From Tubiluchus corallicola (Eukaryota; Animalia; Priapulida), in the NCBI GenBank assembly GCA_030141605.1, contig JAQGDQ010000256.1, forward strand, positions 124,001-188,000: a stretch of 64,000 nt of DNA, in the 5' to 3' direction. Under the pieces are notes generated by a model. That model saw only the letters and a program-made list of their open reading frames with translations. It searched no databases and was not told the DNA's origin. Shown here piece by piece: positions 40,601 to 53,616 of this stretch. A program made the translations under genes and the position numbers. Numbering within the stretch: position 1 is the stretch's first letter; each line of letters opens with the position of its first letter.

Positions 40601-42459
40601 TAGTCTCATACGATCAACGTCAGCAGATTTCCATTTGAATCAACATGGGCACATGCCTGAAAGTTGCCTAATAATATCAGAATTTCAGTAAGGGCAGCGC
40701 CGAACGATTACGAAATCTCACAGCAGTCTCAGTAACAGTTGTCTGACATCAGTGTCAAATTGCCAGTGACCAAAAGCTTTATTTACGCATGCGCAGCAAT
40801 TTTTAAGAAAAGAAAGCAATTGAGTGACACTATGTTTCTTTGTATTAAAGGTGACAAACGAATCTTGACCATGCTTGGACATAGTCCAAAATTGATCGAA
40901 ACGTAAATGAAAAGAAATCGGCAATGCACAAAGTTTTTACATGGTTTAGAAATAATAGTGTAATAGACTAGAAATTAATTTTTACTTGGCTTCATAAGAA
41001 GCGTTTCAAAACAAAGTTATTTTTATATGGTCCAAGCGGTAGGCCAGTACAAAACAAAGATGATTAACGTGTTATTTAATGAGTGCAGACGATCGATTAT
41101 ATGCCATTTTCAATTCTAAAAATTAAGCCAGAACTTTTATTCAGTGTATTTACCACACTGAATTAGCAAAGGCAAAAAATTAAAATATTATAAGAATAAA
41201 AATTAAGTATTGGTAACACAATCTATGGATACTCAGTTTTTATTCTATTAATTTTGTAATGTTTTCGCCCACTTGATAAGTTCACACTTGTGTAAAAATG
41301 TATTGAATAATTGGTTTGGCTTTATTTTAGCATTGAAAATTGCATATATAATATCGAAAAGTTCGTCTGTACTCAATAAATAACATGCTGGTTCCTAGAA
41401 ACTGGTAATTTGCACACAAAAATGGTTAATTTGGCACCTTAAATTAGTTTGAATGAACATAAAAACAATGCAACAAATAGTTTTACTAGAAATACAAAAA
41501 TACGCAAATAAAATATTTATAAATAAGCACTTTTAAAAGTAATCAGATCAGCGGAGAGATCCATCTAGAAATTATTCCTTCTGTGGTGTTTGTTACGTTG
41601 GTATGTCACGGTTATTTACTAAACTGTATTTTCGCATCCACCTGTTCCTAAACTATCATTACATATCTCTATAATATATTATAGTACCATCATCACTGTT
41701 ATAAGCACAGCAAACTGCGTAGTCGTCTGTCATCTGTAATTATTAATTTTTATTGTAGTAATCGAATTGGCTGTGAATAGCGACCTTGTAATAGTTAGGA
41801 AATTATTAATTTAAAATGAAAAATGAAAATTTAAAAATGGAAAGATGAAAATTATCAATTTAGTCAAGTTCAATTCAATTCAGTGGTATTTTATACACTA
41901 TCCCTACAAGCATTGATCCACGTTTTTTCATAACATCTTGAACGATGACACCTGGTAACAAAATTAGGTCAACAAAAACACAGCCGATTAATAGTGCTAC
42001 TACTTTTTAATCATACTTTTTATGTCTAACAAGAAATGAAAACAGTCTTCATGAAAGCGACCAGCAGCAGCAACAACTCTTCGAGTATTTTTATATCATT
42101 ACTGGCGTTTTAACATAAAGTCAAACCATCATGCATTGTGGTTAAAACTGGTATTTGCCGTCTGCTGCATCGTCGAGATAAAGCCCAATGCCTGAATGTG
42201 GTTTTATTGCGTACAAGTTATTGGGCAAACGAAAAAGACATATTGATAAAGCAAAAATAATTAGAAGCTTAGAAGATTACCCGTCTTGCCGGAATATGAA
42301 GTCGATTTTACTTGGAATGTGATATATTACTTGAGCAAAAATAACGCGACTACACATAGCGCTTAGAAACGTAACAAAAACGGTGGCCGTTTCACGTTAT
42401 AATAATTTCTCACGTTATAAGAGGAAAAAGAAGAGGCAATGAAAGAGGAAAACCAAAAC

Positions 42460-42718
42460 CGTAGCAACAACAGCAATACAGCGGCAGTACCAAAATATAA
42501 AAAGTAAACTACACTGGCAACAACAACAGTAGCAGCGACGGCTGGGACGACAACAACAACAACAGTAGCAGCAGCAGCAGCAGCAACAGCAACAGCAGCA
42601 ACAAAATAACAACTGCAGCAGCAGCAACAACAACAACTGCAATCGCTGCAACAGGAACGGCAACAGTATTAGCAACAGCAAGAATAGCATCAACTCTGGC
42701 CAACAAACAACGACAACA
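42460..42718. repeat. Degenerate (CAA/CAG)n trinucleotide tract
   Basis: Directly visible; source of the poly-C and poly-L minus-strand ORFs. Confidence 0.9.
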
Positions 42719-43560
42719 TTTTATATGTACTCTTTATGTCAAGAAAAATGATGTTAAACTATTAACTGCTGTCACCAAAGACAAAATGACATCATTAACG
42801 CCACAGAGCAGAAATTTCAAATCGGCGGCTTAGCCTTTATGCGCTGCTTATGATTCTGATGGCGTCTGGAACATCATTTGTACTATGTGAGTGTCGCTGT
42901 TAATTTGTTCTTTTGGTGAAAAGAACAAACGAAGTGATTCGATTAACGCCACATTACTTGTCCGGGAAACACAAAGCACTCAATCGAATTGATGGTTTCT
43001 GACACGCCTAAAAAACGAAGCGTCGAGATAAGATCTTGTCGTAGAACTCAGTTGTCGCTAAGAAAGACTGTTTGTGTTCCGATAATCACGTTTGCCGATA
43101 ATAGACTGACTGACAGTAGCAGCTGAAAAGAAGAGGCAGATAAAGCCAAATTGCCAAAGAACTTCTATTCAGCTAAAAACTTTCTTATTAGCCAGAGCTG
43201 CACGTCTCTTGAGGTGCCAATATCATCTCTAGAGGGGACAAACCTTTCAGCATGCGTACATAAAAAATATCAGTTGCGTTCACAAAATTCATCTTAGTGT
43301 TTAATCTTTGAAACCACTGCATGGTGGTTGGAGTAGACAGAGGGCGTTTTATCTTAGTGGTCTAAGGTGTTGAGTTGAGGGGTTGCTTAATTTGTCAGTG
43401 ATTACTTTGTAACTTCGTTTTTCTGAATTTGCTGCTGTGGAAGATGCTGAGGTTGGATGACGATTAGTCAAAACGTCAATAGGGAAGGGCGGGGCAGACC
43501 CACGGATAGGCAGAGAGAAGCAGATCAGCTAAGAAATCGACAAAAAATGTATAAAGACAG

Positions 43561-43568
43561 AGAGAGAG

Positions 43569-43631
<63 letters not shown>
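43561..43631. repeat. (GA)n microsatellite
   Basis: Directly visible. Confidence 0.97.
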
Positions 43632-43632
<1 letters not shown>

Positions 43633-43769
43633 AGCTACTATGTGCTACCAAGTCAAAGATCTGTCACCCAGCCTTAAAGAGATGTCGATTCTTGTGCAAG
43701 TTGATGACAATATTCCTGCCAAATCTGATATAATTGATCATTAACAGTTTTTCGCGACACAGGAAATCT

Positions 43770-44385
43770 ACTTGGTTTCTTTGTGACCTGGACCTTTGAT
43801 CTTTCGAATACATAAAAGTAGAAATTGCCGATATTTCAGAGACAATGCTTGCATGCAGCTTTGATTATTTCAGTCATCAGTTTTCAAGGTATGTCTGTAA
43901 GATATGAAACTGTCAGTCGTAACCTTGACTTTTCATTGGAGTCTATTACATGTCAACAGTTTAGCAAAATTTTATTTTAGTTACCAGTTTAGTTACCAGT
44001 AATTTTAGATTCTTCGATCTTTGACTTTTTCCGCATGACAGGAATAACCTCTTCCCAAGTTTCATTTCGCTTCAGTAACGACTTACATATAATAACGAAT
44101 ACCTTTTTGTCTTAACTTTAAAATTTGGCCCTACATCTACTCATCTAGTAACTTTAGTTATGGCGTGGCTAATTGCCAAATTTTACTGCCAAATTTGATT
44201 TTACTTCAGCCAGATATGCCGCGCAAAAACGCACAAGAGGGCAAAAGTAAAGTAATATTTTGACCTCTGATCTTTTGTGACGTAGAAATATGCAATTCCA
44301 CAAGTGTGTTGACGGCAACTGCTATACAAAATATGACTGCATGTTAGTAACTCATTTTCAACACTTAATAAACGCAGACGGTAAC
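43770..44385 (+). mobile_element. Decayed Helentron-associated (HINE-like) element with degenerate internal repeats
   Basis: Periodic tgacctggacctttgatc / aaccttgactttt / gatctttgacttt / tgacctctgatcttt alternating with ccaagtttcat / ccaaatttgat, ending aaacgcagacgg. Family assignment is from pattern recall only. Confidence 0.4.
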
Positions 44386-46249
44386 TTACTCAACTACCAA
44401 ACGTCAAGTAGAAAGGGATCACTACAAAAATAGAGGAATAGGCACAAGCAAAAACAAAAGCAATGATAAACTTGCAAGTTCGTTCAACCAATATGAATCA
44501 CTCATTGGTTACCCAGTGATAACGAATTCATTTTGGCATTGACTTTCGATAATATGTGAAAACAATTATTCATCGATAAACTAACGATAATAGCGGTGGT
44601 GACACAGAACTAACAAAATTGTTTGCAAAATGATCTTTCACTTCATTTAAGGCAGTGAATTAACGGTTTTTCATTTCAGCTATTTGTATAAATTTATTTA
44701 AACTTTTGTTTAAGTGAATTTATTCACTCAAAAAGTTAAAGAATTTCAAGTTATTTGTTTTTTGATTTTTTAACATTTAATACATAATAACCTCATTTAT
44801 TTATGAGGTGTCTAACACGTGCATTTCGTAATTTGAAATTATTGTAATATAACAGTGTCATATAGGTGTAGAACAGAGCACCAATTAATTAATGTTAAAG
44901 CCATTATTACCCGGACATTATAATAATAATTATTGTAATTGTCAAATTAATAGAGAAACGTCAGATGCTCCCCAACCCAAAAATAATTCATAAATATTAA
45001 ATAAAAAACAATTTAGAATCCTAGGCTTCAATTCTTGTAGTTGCTTTAACTGACATACAATGATTATATGATGTGTTGAGCACATTAAACTATACCTCTA
45101 ATTGGTATAATAGCAGCGGGAGCTAGGCATGCAATGTTTTTCTCTCCATTCTCGAATATGCGTTTAATTCGTGACCTTGAGGCGAAGAATTTTTCAATTG
45201 AACTTTTCATTCGCCATTCAGTCGCTCATCAGTTTTCTATTTTGCCTTATTCGTATTCACCACCTTTTCAACAATCCAAACTTTAATCGCGATTTCGACG
45301 CCCTAGCTCACTCATGATGGTTTCTCATTGTTAAACTTTGATCTTGGTGAGGATCGTCGGCTGCTAATGTTACCACTTGCTGCGCGGAAGCCCGCGAATG
45401 TCAATTTCTCCACAACTCGGAATCCGTCAATAAGGAAACCAGTCTCAAACCTTTGTCCCCAGTCCGTTACACGGATAGCCACTTTTCCTAGCCGTCGCAC
45501 GCTGAAAAAACAAACGAGTTTTTATCAATTTCCGCTCGGAGCAAAACTGAGAGTAGCGAAATGGCATTTCGGGAAAGAGAAGAGTAAACAGGCAGGCCGG
45601 TTTTTATTAATAAAACATGTAGATTGGTTTTTGCCGGCGGGCTGAATTCGGAATGGTGAAATTTTAGCACACAGCGACGGGTTAATCTTGTCCAAATCAC
45701 AATGGCAAACCTTGGCTATAGACGTAGGAGATTTTCTTTAGTTTATTTTGTATCTTCTTACACTTCTAACGAACTGCAAGGACGACTAACTGCAAAAAAA
45801 TGCTATCAAATCGGTGTGAAACATTAAAGCTGAAGCAAAGTGCACGATGGTTGAGTCAAGTTCGTATAAGTTTCAACTTCTTATTTATTTATGCGCTGCG
45901 CATACAAAACAGGCACCTAGTACACTACCAGAAATTTCAGAAAAAAAATCTTATTCTTTCTAATTTTAAAATCTTAATTGATTAATAAAATTAACACCGA
46001 AATCGTACAGCTGTGATGGGACGTTTGCCCATTCAATTTAATTTTCAATCACTAATCTATTATTTTGAAGAACAATGAAAAAATTTGAATAATGTGTTGA
46101 TGCAAGTATTTATCCTCAACAATCATTTTACGGTAATTATTTTACCTAACTTTGCTTTACTTTTGACTTTACTTTCACGTAAAACAATGAGTTTACGTAA
46201 ATACTGGCATGTAAACCATCTTTCCTGTAAATTATTTCCTTGCTTTCTA

Positions 46250-46252
<3 letters not shown>

Positions 46253-46300
<48 letters not shown>

Positions 46301-46348
46301 CCTCCCTCCCTCTCTCTCTCTCTCTCTTTCTCTCGCCCTCCCTCTCTT
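46253..46348. repeat. (CT)n microsatellite
   Basis: Directly visible. Confidence 0.97.
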
Positions 46349-47306
46349 TCTAATTTTATATCCTAACTTGCCACTGGCTCACTCAGCCAACTCGCACGCA
46401 GCAACTCACACATACATATCATGCTCAGCAAGCGCGCATCCTCTTCCTCAACTCAATTTCCTAAACGCCATTTCAACTCTCCTACTAAACCGACAACACT
46501 ATTTCCATGTTTTATGGAAGTATTTAAAGGATCACAGTAACTAGTCGATCAGAAGCATCGCCAATGAATAGAAATCTAACGAACCCATTCTACTCATTAT
46601 AGGATTCACCAGATTCTACATCCAATTCCTTTCAAGAACTGGCGCGTGGCAGTTGAAGAGGACTCAGACACGCGCATACATGACACAGGATGTCAGTAGA
46701 ATTATCGTGTACATAATACGTATTATTATTGTATCTGAATTACAAGCAGCAACGAAGAAAGGAAGTTGAATAAATCGTTGACTAAAAAACTATCTACTTT
46801 GTTAATTACAGATTGTTATTTCTAAATCTGCAGCTCCTACTCAATCATAAGCAACTTGTTCTTCCTGAAGCTGCTGTAGACCACAGACATGCCCTCGGTT
46901 GGCGAGTCATTTATGTAACAAGTTTAAACTGAAATTAGATAAGATAAATGTAGTTATAAAACAAAATTATGAAAGCTTAGCTATTGATCAGTTACAATGT
47001 GGGTGTTGTGTGCATTGTTTTCATCATTTCTATAAAATGTATCTGTACTATTTTTATTATACGTACGTTCTATAGTTAAAAGAAATCATCGTAATGGGAC
47101 TTGGCAGTAAACGATAGGCAATTTCTCTGGTGGCGATAGTTTCAAGAACGACAATTTTGTAGTGTGGACTTTCTGCCATTAGTCTATACTCTGGTGGGGT
47201 ATGGTGGAGAAGTGAGTGAAATGTGAGCAAATACATTTTCCAATATTTTAGCCTATTATCGAAATTTTTAAAGCACACTTGCAGGGTAAATTTTCCAAAT
47301 AGTTAA

Positions 47307-48157
<851 letters not shown>

Positions 48158-48285
48158 TTAATTATTTTTTTCGATTTTTACGTTTAAGTTTGTAATTATT
48201 ACGAAAACCTTCAGATTAAGAAACAATGTAGAACAACTCTTAACAAAGTCTGTGAGTAATGATTAGTTAAACCATGATTAGTTAA

Positions 48286-48837
48286 AGGAAGACCGGGCGA
48301 TTGTTTAGACTCGATCTCATTTTAATATACTGTCAAAAATATACATTTTCTTGCCTATAAAAGTTAACAATTGCCCCTTAATATTTTAATAATTAGCTTA
48401 GAAAGTTAATTAGCGGCAGCCGAATACAGCTATTGCTTACGTCAGAAACTAACAACAATTTGTGCAATGGCAGACGTCTTCCCTTGCGCGTCAATCACAT
48501 TTGCATAGGTGTTACTGTACTGTTTAAAAGCATGATGTCACAAAAATGGGCTTTACATCATATGACGTCATGAAACTAGCACAGCGGTTCATGATCATGG
48601 TTATCACGGTACCGCCTTCTATTTGTCGGCCACGCGCACGTGACATAAAGGCGCCGCTGCCAATGTTAGTAGATTCATTGAGCCGCGCGTAGCTTTGAAA
48701 GTTTAACGAAATTTCAGTATCCGAGGTACTTATTATTTAATCTAAGCTTTGATTTAAAATAAGCTATATTGTAGTTTTAAATATTTTAGAGCATTCTTTA
48801 TTCTGAACTCGTGTTTACACAATCATCCGGTTTTCCT
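48286..48837. mobile_element. 552-bp TTAA-flanked MITE (Kolobok-like) with 29-bp TIRs
   Basis: Left aggaagaccgggcgattgtttagactcga vs reverse complement of right end aggaaaaccggatgattgtgtaaacacga (23/29); TTAA at 48282-85 and 48838-41. Confidence 0.85.
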
Positions 48838-49109
48838 TTAAATTTTATAGTTCGACTTTAAACTATTGAGCTTAATTGCCGCACCCTTTGAATCCGCCAC
48901 AGGACACACATTACAACATTCAGTAAATTTCTGGCTATTGTCTTTACCTTACCGCTTTTGTAAGAACGTGTGAACAATAATGTCAAATTACTAACTGATA
49001 TTATAAATTATTTTCTCTGCACAAATTTAATGAATGTAAATTCTTTCCTGCTGACACTGTAAGACGACTTTTATAAACACAGTCATGAACGCTCCTACTC
49101 TCCTTGAAG

Positions 49110-49278
49110 GTGATTCGTATAAATTGTCAATCGTATTCAACTATCCATCTTGTGATTCGTATAAATTGTCAATCGTATTCAACTATCCATCTTGTTGTGA
49201 TTCGTATGAATTGTCAATCGTATTCAACTATCCATCTTGTGATTCGTATGAATTGTCAATCGTGTTCAACTACCCGTG
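49110..49278. repeat. 42-bp minisatellite, about 4 copies
   Basis: Unit tgattcgtat(a/g)aattgtcaatcgtattcaactatccatcttg at 49111, 49153 (+3 bp), 49198 and 49240 (partial); no spacers. Confidence 0.95.
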
Positions 49279-49504
49279 CTCTATGATGTACACGCATTGT
49301 AAATTGCCTTATCCTGGTGCTGTCACAGTTGAGCGAGGTCGTTGCTGTCAACTTGGTGTGACACATAAGTTTAACTGGGTCGCTGACTTTTGAGAAAGGC
49401 GATACAAAGTCATGAAAGCATCTGTTTTTTGAGGTGCCGTCTTGGAAATGTAGTCGCGTCTTGAGTATGTATATATAAATGTGAATGCGTGGTACTTATA
49501 ATTC

Positions 49505-49905
49505 ATTAAGTATGGTAGGCATACATTTTATTACCCAGGTGCTATGTTTTGGAACACTCTTCCAAATTATATGAGGGACGCACCAGCTTTACACACTTTC
49601 AAAAGATTTGAACTTATTCTTCGTATATTGAATATCCTAATGTCAGATATAAGTTACTGTTATGTATCTGGTTACTAAACTTATTTTGTAATTAACATAA
49701 GTTTGTATTAATGCCAATAGTGACTTGATAATCATTTTATTCTGCTAGAGAATCATAAACTCGGCTGTTGCAATGAAATTGCATGAATGTGATGTGCATA
49801 TCCGTATATATGTATGTATTTGTAAATAACTGAGGGCCACCTTGGAAAGCTCTGAAGGTGCTACCCTCATGAAAGATTACTATAAATAAAAATCCAATAA
49901 ATAAA
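49505..49905 (+). mobile_element. 5'-truncated LINE (CR1 group) 3' end
   Basis: Translates IKYGRHTFYYPGAMFWNTLPNYMRDAPALHTFKR (TF.Y.G...WN.LP......L..FK ORF2 terminus), then a 3'UTR stem gagggccacctt...aaggtgctaccctc and an A-rich aataaa tail. Confidence 0.75.
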
Positions 49906-49946
49906 ATTAGCGCTCTTTGTGTCTCTAGGTGCAGCAGAGCTGCCGA

Positions 49947-50048
49947 ATGACGGTTGATTCATATGACGACGCTACAATGAGAGATCTAAACTCTAAACAT
50001 GGAATAAGCATGCTCCGGCGTAAAATAAAAGTTGGCGAGCAGGGATAG
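49947..50048 (+). other. 33-aa upstream ORF in the inferred GAL3ST 5'UTR (exon starting 49929)
   Basis: ATG at 49947 to TAG at 50048: MTVDSYDDATMRDLNSKHGISMLRRKIKVGEQG. Acceptor ctctttgtgtctctag at 49928. Ends 22 nt before the main ATG and is out of frame with it. Confidence 0.5.
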
Positions 50049-50070
50049 TGTACCTTAGCAATACCAAAAT

Positions 50071-50168
50071 ATGGAAGCAGTGACAAGGAACAAGCGCGTT
50101 TGTTCTAACACGCGTGTGATCATAGCATTGGCCTCGGCCTGTTCTTTTTTCTGCCTATATAGCGTTAG
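50071..50168 (+). CDS. Galactose-3-O-sulfotransferase family protein, first coding exon (cytoplasmic tail plus transmembrane anchor)
   Basis: ATG 50071 gives MEAVTRNKRVCSNTRVIIALASACSFFCLYSV(R): basic tail then hydrophobic stretch. Donor AG|GTTTGT in phase 2 joins in frame to acceptor tttag|G at 50960. Confidence 0.8.
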
Positions 50169-50565
50169 GTTTGTAGCTTACTCTTCGTCAAAAATTCTAA
50201 AATGTGTTATCTAATCTTATCTTTTTATTTAATCTTACTTAGCTATATGGAATTAAGCATCTAGACGATATTCTTAACTTTTAATTTTTAACGTCATTTA
50301 GTACGGTTTGTTCGTATTAATTCATATAAAATGGAGAGGGCTAGAATTAGTTTCTTTTCTTGTTTATCGTGTAAAAAGCACTAGGGCTAACAAAAAATCC
50401 CAAAATGTTATAACCCAAACTTGGTTTACGTAGCCTGTCATATTTTGTAAACAGTTATAAAAAGAAGATATTCTAAATTATGATCTAATACTGATTTGCG
50501 TTAAATACATCATAAACAAAAGTCAGTGCCTCCATTAATACTCCATTAGTAGCAAATACTATGAG

Positions 50566-50839
50566 CAGTACCGGATTTACAAGTAGACATAGTAGGCCAT
50601 GGGCTTAAGGTTCACACAAACTAATTTGTCGGTCAGCATGCCAGCGTATAACCTTGTTTCAAGTGTACACCGGGTATTTCGTTATATTCAAGGGCCCTAT
50701 ACAATAAGTATAGGGTCCAGAGTATGGGGCCCTGTACAGAAAATATATACCGGCCCACAGTAGTCTTCAACTGTGTGGCCTATAAATTTGACCACTAATG
50801 AGTTAACCTAGGACCCACAACTAGATAAAATCCGCCCTG
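50566..50839. mobile_element. hAT-type MITE inside the GAL3ST intron
   Basis: Ends CAGTACCGGATTTA and AAAATCCGCCCTG (imperfect TIR); 8-bp flanks actatgag and actaaggg (6/8), consistent with a hAT TSD; internal gggccc motifs. Confidence 0.7.
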
Positions 50840-50959
50840 ACTAAGGGTGGGAAAAACAACACAACAGAAAACCCTGAATTTCGAGTATAGCAGTCTGCCA
50901 AACTGTATGAAATGGTTAAAAATTAAATGCACGTTGTTACAATATCCTTCTGCATTTAG

Positions 50960-52100
50960 GAACTTGGGAAGCTTTAACAGGAGATCTATTGTAATGCATC
51001 ATAAAAATACCAGTGTACTAAAAGCCTCGTCAAAAGTGGTCGGCAAGCAAATGCAACTGGATGGAACTAACAAACTGACAAGCTGCACACCAGTAAATAA
51101 TGTGTTCTTTCTAAAACAACACAAATGCGCAAGTTCTTCAGTTCAAAACATCTTCATGCGATATGGCAAACGTCACAACTTGTCCTTCGTGCTGCCTCGA
51201 AATAGGCTTATTGCTGGTGAGGAAGGAGAGAGGCACAACTTTAGTATGAACTGGATAATACCTCACCCAGATGGCGTATACAATATCATGTGTCATCACG
51301 TTCGTCCATTTTTGTTTGACAAAATGAAAACTGTCGTGCCAAAAGCAAAATTTGTGACGATTTTACGCCATCCAGCATTCGTGTTAGAGTCCATTTACTC
51401 ATATTACTCGTATAAATACAAATTAGGTGCAGACTTTTTGACATTTGTCAAACATCCCCAAAAATATGCAAACTCTATTGAGGTGCTCAAGTTGCACACA
51501 CGGCGTCCTGGAATTCCGCCTGTAGCAAATAGTATGCTTCATTATTTTGGCTTGGATTATAAACATTTAAGGAACAGGTACGAAATATCTCGTCTAATAC
51601 ATGATATAAAGGATCAGTTCGACTTAGTTATGATTGCTGAGCGTTTCGACGAATCATTAGTATTGCTGAAATATCTACTTTGTTGGGACTGGGATGACCT
51701 AATTGTGATTAGAAAAAACGCAAGAAGAGACAAACTGAAACACAGCATAACAAAGCAAGTAGTTCGAAAGGTAGAGGAATGGAACTGGGGTGATCATCTG
51801 CTATACAATACTTTCTTACATGTATTCGATGAAAAAGTACGTGCCTACGGAAAAGAGAAAATGGCGAGAGACTTGTCAGTTCTTCGAGGAAAAACAGAAG
51901 AAATTTACAAAAACTGTGTTAAGAAAGCGTCTTCGAGAAATAAACCCAAGGATAAAAGGTTTTTAGAGTGGCACAGGAAAATAACAAGTTATATTCTGGA
52001 GGACAATGCTCCTCAGTTCTGTGATGATATAGCAAAAACTGAGACAGCATTTACATACGAATTGCAAAAGCGTCAGTGGGAAATTTTCATGCAAAATTAG
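50960..52100 (+). CDS. Galactose-3-O-sulfotransferase family (galactosylceramide sulfotransferase-like) protein, catalytic exon
   Basis: 5'-PSB-like FFLKQHKCASSSVQNIFMRYG, 3'-PB-like FVTILRHP...ESIYSYY, and family motifs FDLVMIAERFDESLVLLKYLLCW, NAR and WNWGDHLLY; uninterrupted to TAG 52100. Orthology to a specific GAL3ST1-4 cannot be assigned. Confidence 0.95.
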
Positions 52101-52906
52101 CGTGGTATTGGAGCATTGGATTATTTGCAATTTTTCTACCCAATTGCCTAGATATGTCACTTAGAATGTCATTTAATGTTGTCCTGGAATCCGTTTGTTC
52201 GTGAATATGTCACTTAGAACACCATATCTCATTATCATTAAATGCGTTTTTCATAAAAATTAAAATATGGAGTAACTGCATTGTGGTATCACAACATTAG
52301 AAACTGATAAAGGCTTATTGCATAAACAAAAACGAAAACAAAAGCGAGTTCAATTGGCTTTAGCTCAGTGTCTCTAACTCCTTAAAGCTTAAACAGTCTA
52401 AAAAAATCATCATTTTCGTAGTATGTTTTCTTTTTCGTGATGTCTTGTAAACTTGTAGGAGAATTGTTTCTAGTCATTATAAATACAAACATTTTCCTTT
52501 TCCTTTTCTGAAACTTTAGCAGACCACTTTACTAACACAATAACCAAAAAGTTCATAAATCAACACTCAGCCCAATAGTTTCTGAGCTAATTTACACGTC
52601 AGCTTCATAAGTGACAACGCACTTCACTTCTTTATCCTGCTCTCTTGCCCTTTTTCTCATAAAAAACATTTGAAACATTTATTGGATGCACATAGTTTAC
52701 ATGCATGCATAATACATTATAGCAAAATCCAGTATATAAATATAATAACCTTTTAAACCTGCAAGACCGGTTTCACAAAACCGTCACTAAGTTAATGACG
52801 TCGTTATTACATTCGCTTAACTGTTAATGCATATATTAATGTATTAATGTATGTAGAATGTACTATTCTTAGTGTATGTATTAGTGTAATGTAGAACTAT
52901 CTTAAC

Positions 52907-53384
52907 TACATTAAATCAGTCAATTCCATGCTGTACTTCTTTAAACCTGTGTCGGCTAGAAGAATACTGCTCAATCTGTATGATAAATACTGTAACTCTT
53001 TTTATTGCTGCTCATTAGTTGCTTTAAATGACAAGTTGGCTGTAAACGCTAGGAAGGTTATTCGACGAGTCTTAAATCTACCATGACAATTCTAGTATGA
53101 CACCTTTTGCTGACTTTCTTTTGCCTCGTATTGTAAAGTTGAATAACACTGTAAACAATAATGACAATGCCATTTTAAAAGCTTTGTTGCTTTTTAACAA
53201 ATGCATTTCTGATACGACCTTTAGTTACAACATAAATTATATGAATAAACGAAAGTTTTTAGGTTATACTGCTGTGGATTACTTAGTACATGAGCTATAC
53301 TGGATACTTCAGGGTGAGAACCGTATGTCTGGTTTTAATAACAGTGAAATAGAATATGTGTTACATAACCTTTTAACAGTTTAA
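52907..53384 (+). mobile_element. Decayed LINE ORF2 C-terminus, RTE-X-like
   Basis: YIKSVNSMLYFFK...LYDKYCNSFYCCSL...RKVIRRVLNLP*, then FLLPRI...LVHELYWILQG...FNNSEIEYVLHNL; this matches the recalled RTE-X terminal pattern, with stops and a frameshift. Confidence 0.55.
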
Positions 53385-53616
53385 CAAGTTCATGCTGTAA
53401 GCTTATTATGATTTCAACTACTAACATTCGTGTAAATATTGTTATAAGTTCAAGTTGCTCCTAATTAAATGCAGTGTAATTATTTCTCATAAAAACATTA
53501 TATAGGACATATATAAGGATACTTTGGAAGTAATGTGTACTTGTATAAAGCACTACTAATACCGTGTATATAGAGAAACAAAAAGTAACACAATAGTGAA
53601 ACTATAGATATGAACA

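Noticed and set aside
42415-43744. Poly-C, poly-L and ER-repeat ORFs (also 19576-19809 and 46085-46366)
   Set aside because: Simple-repeat artefacts.
45328-45645. 105-aa ORF in a GC-richer block
   Set aside because: TTG start, no recognisable domain or splice sites; more likely regulatory or chance.
49110-49278. CRISPR-like array
   Set aside because: Units are head-to-tail with no unique spacers, there are no cas genes, and the context is eukaryotic.
50847-50959. N-terminal 38 codons of the 417-aa ORF
   Set aside because: GTG start, no membrane anchor, and the segment lies upstream of an in-frame splice acceptor, so it is most likely intronic.
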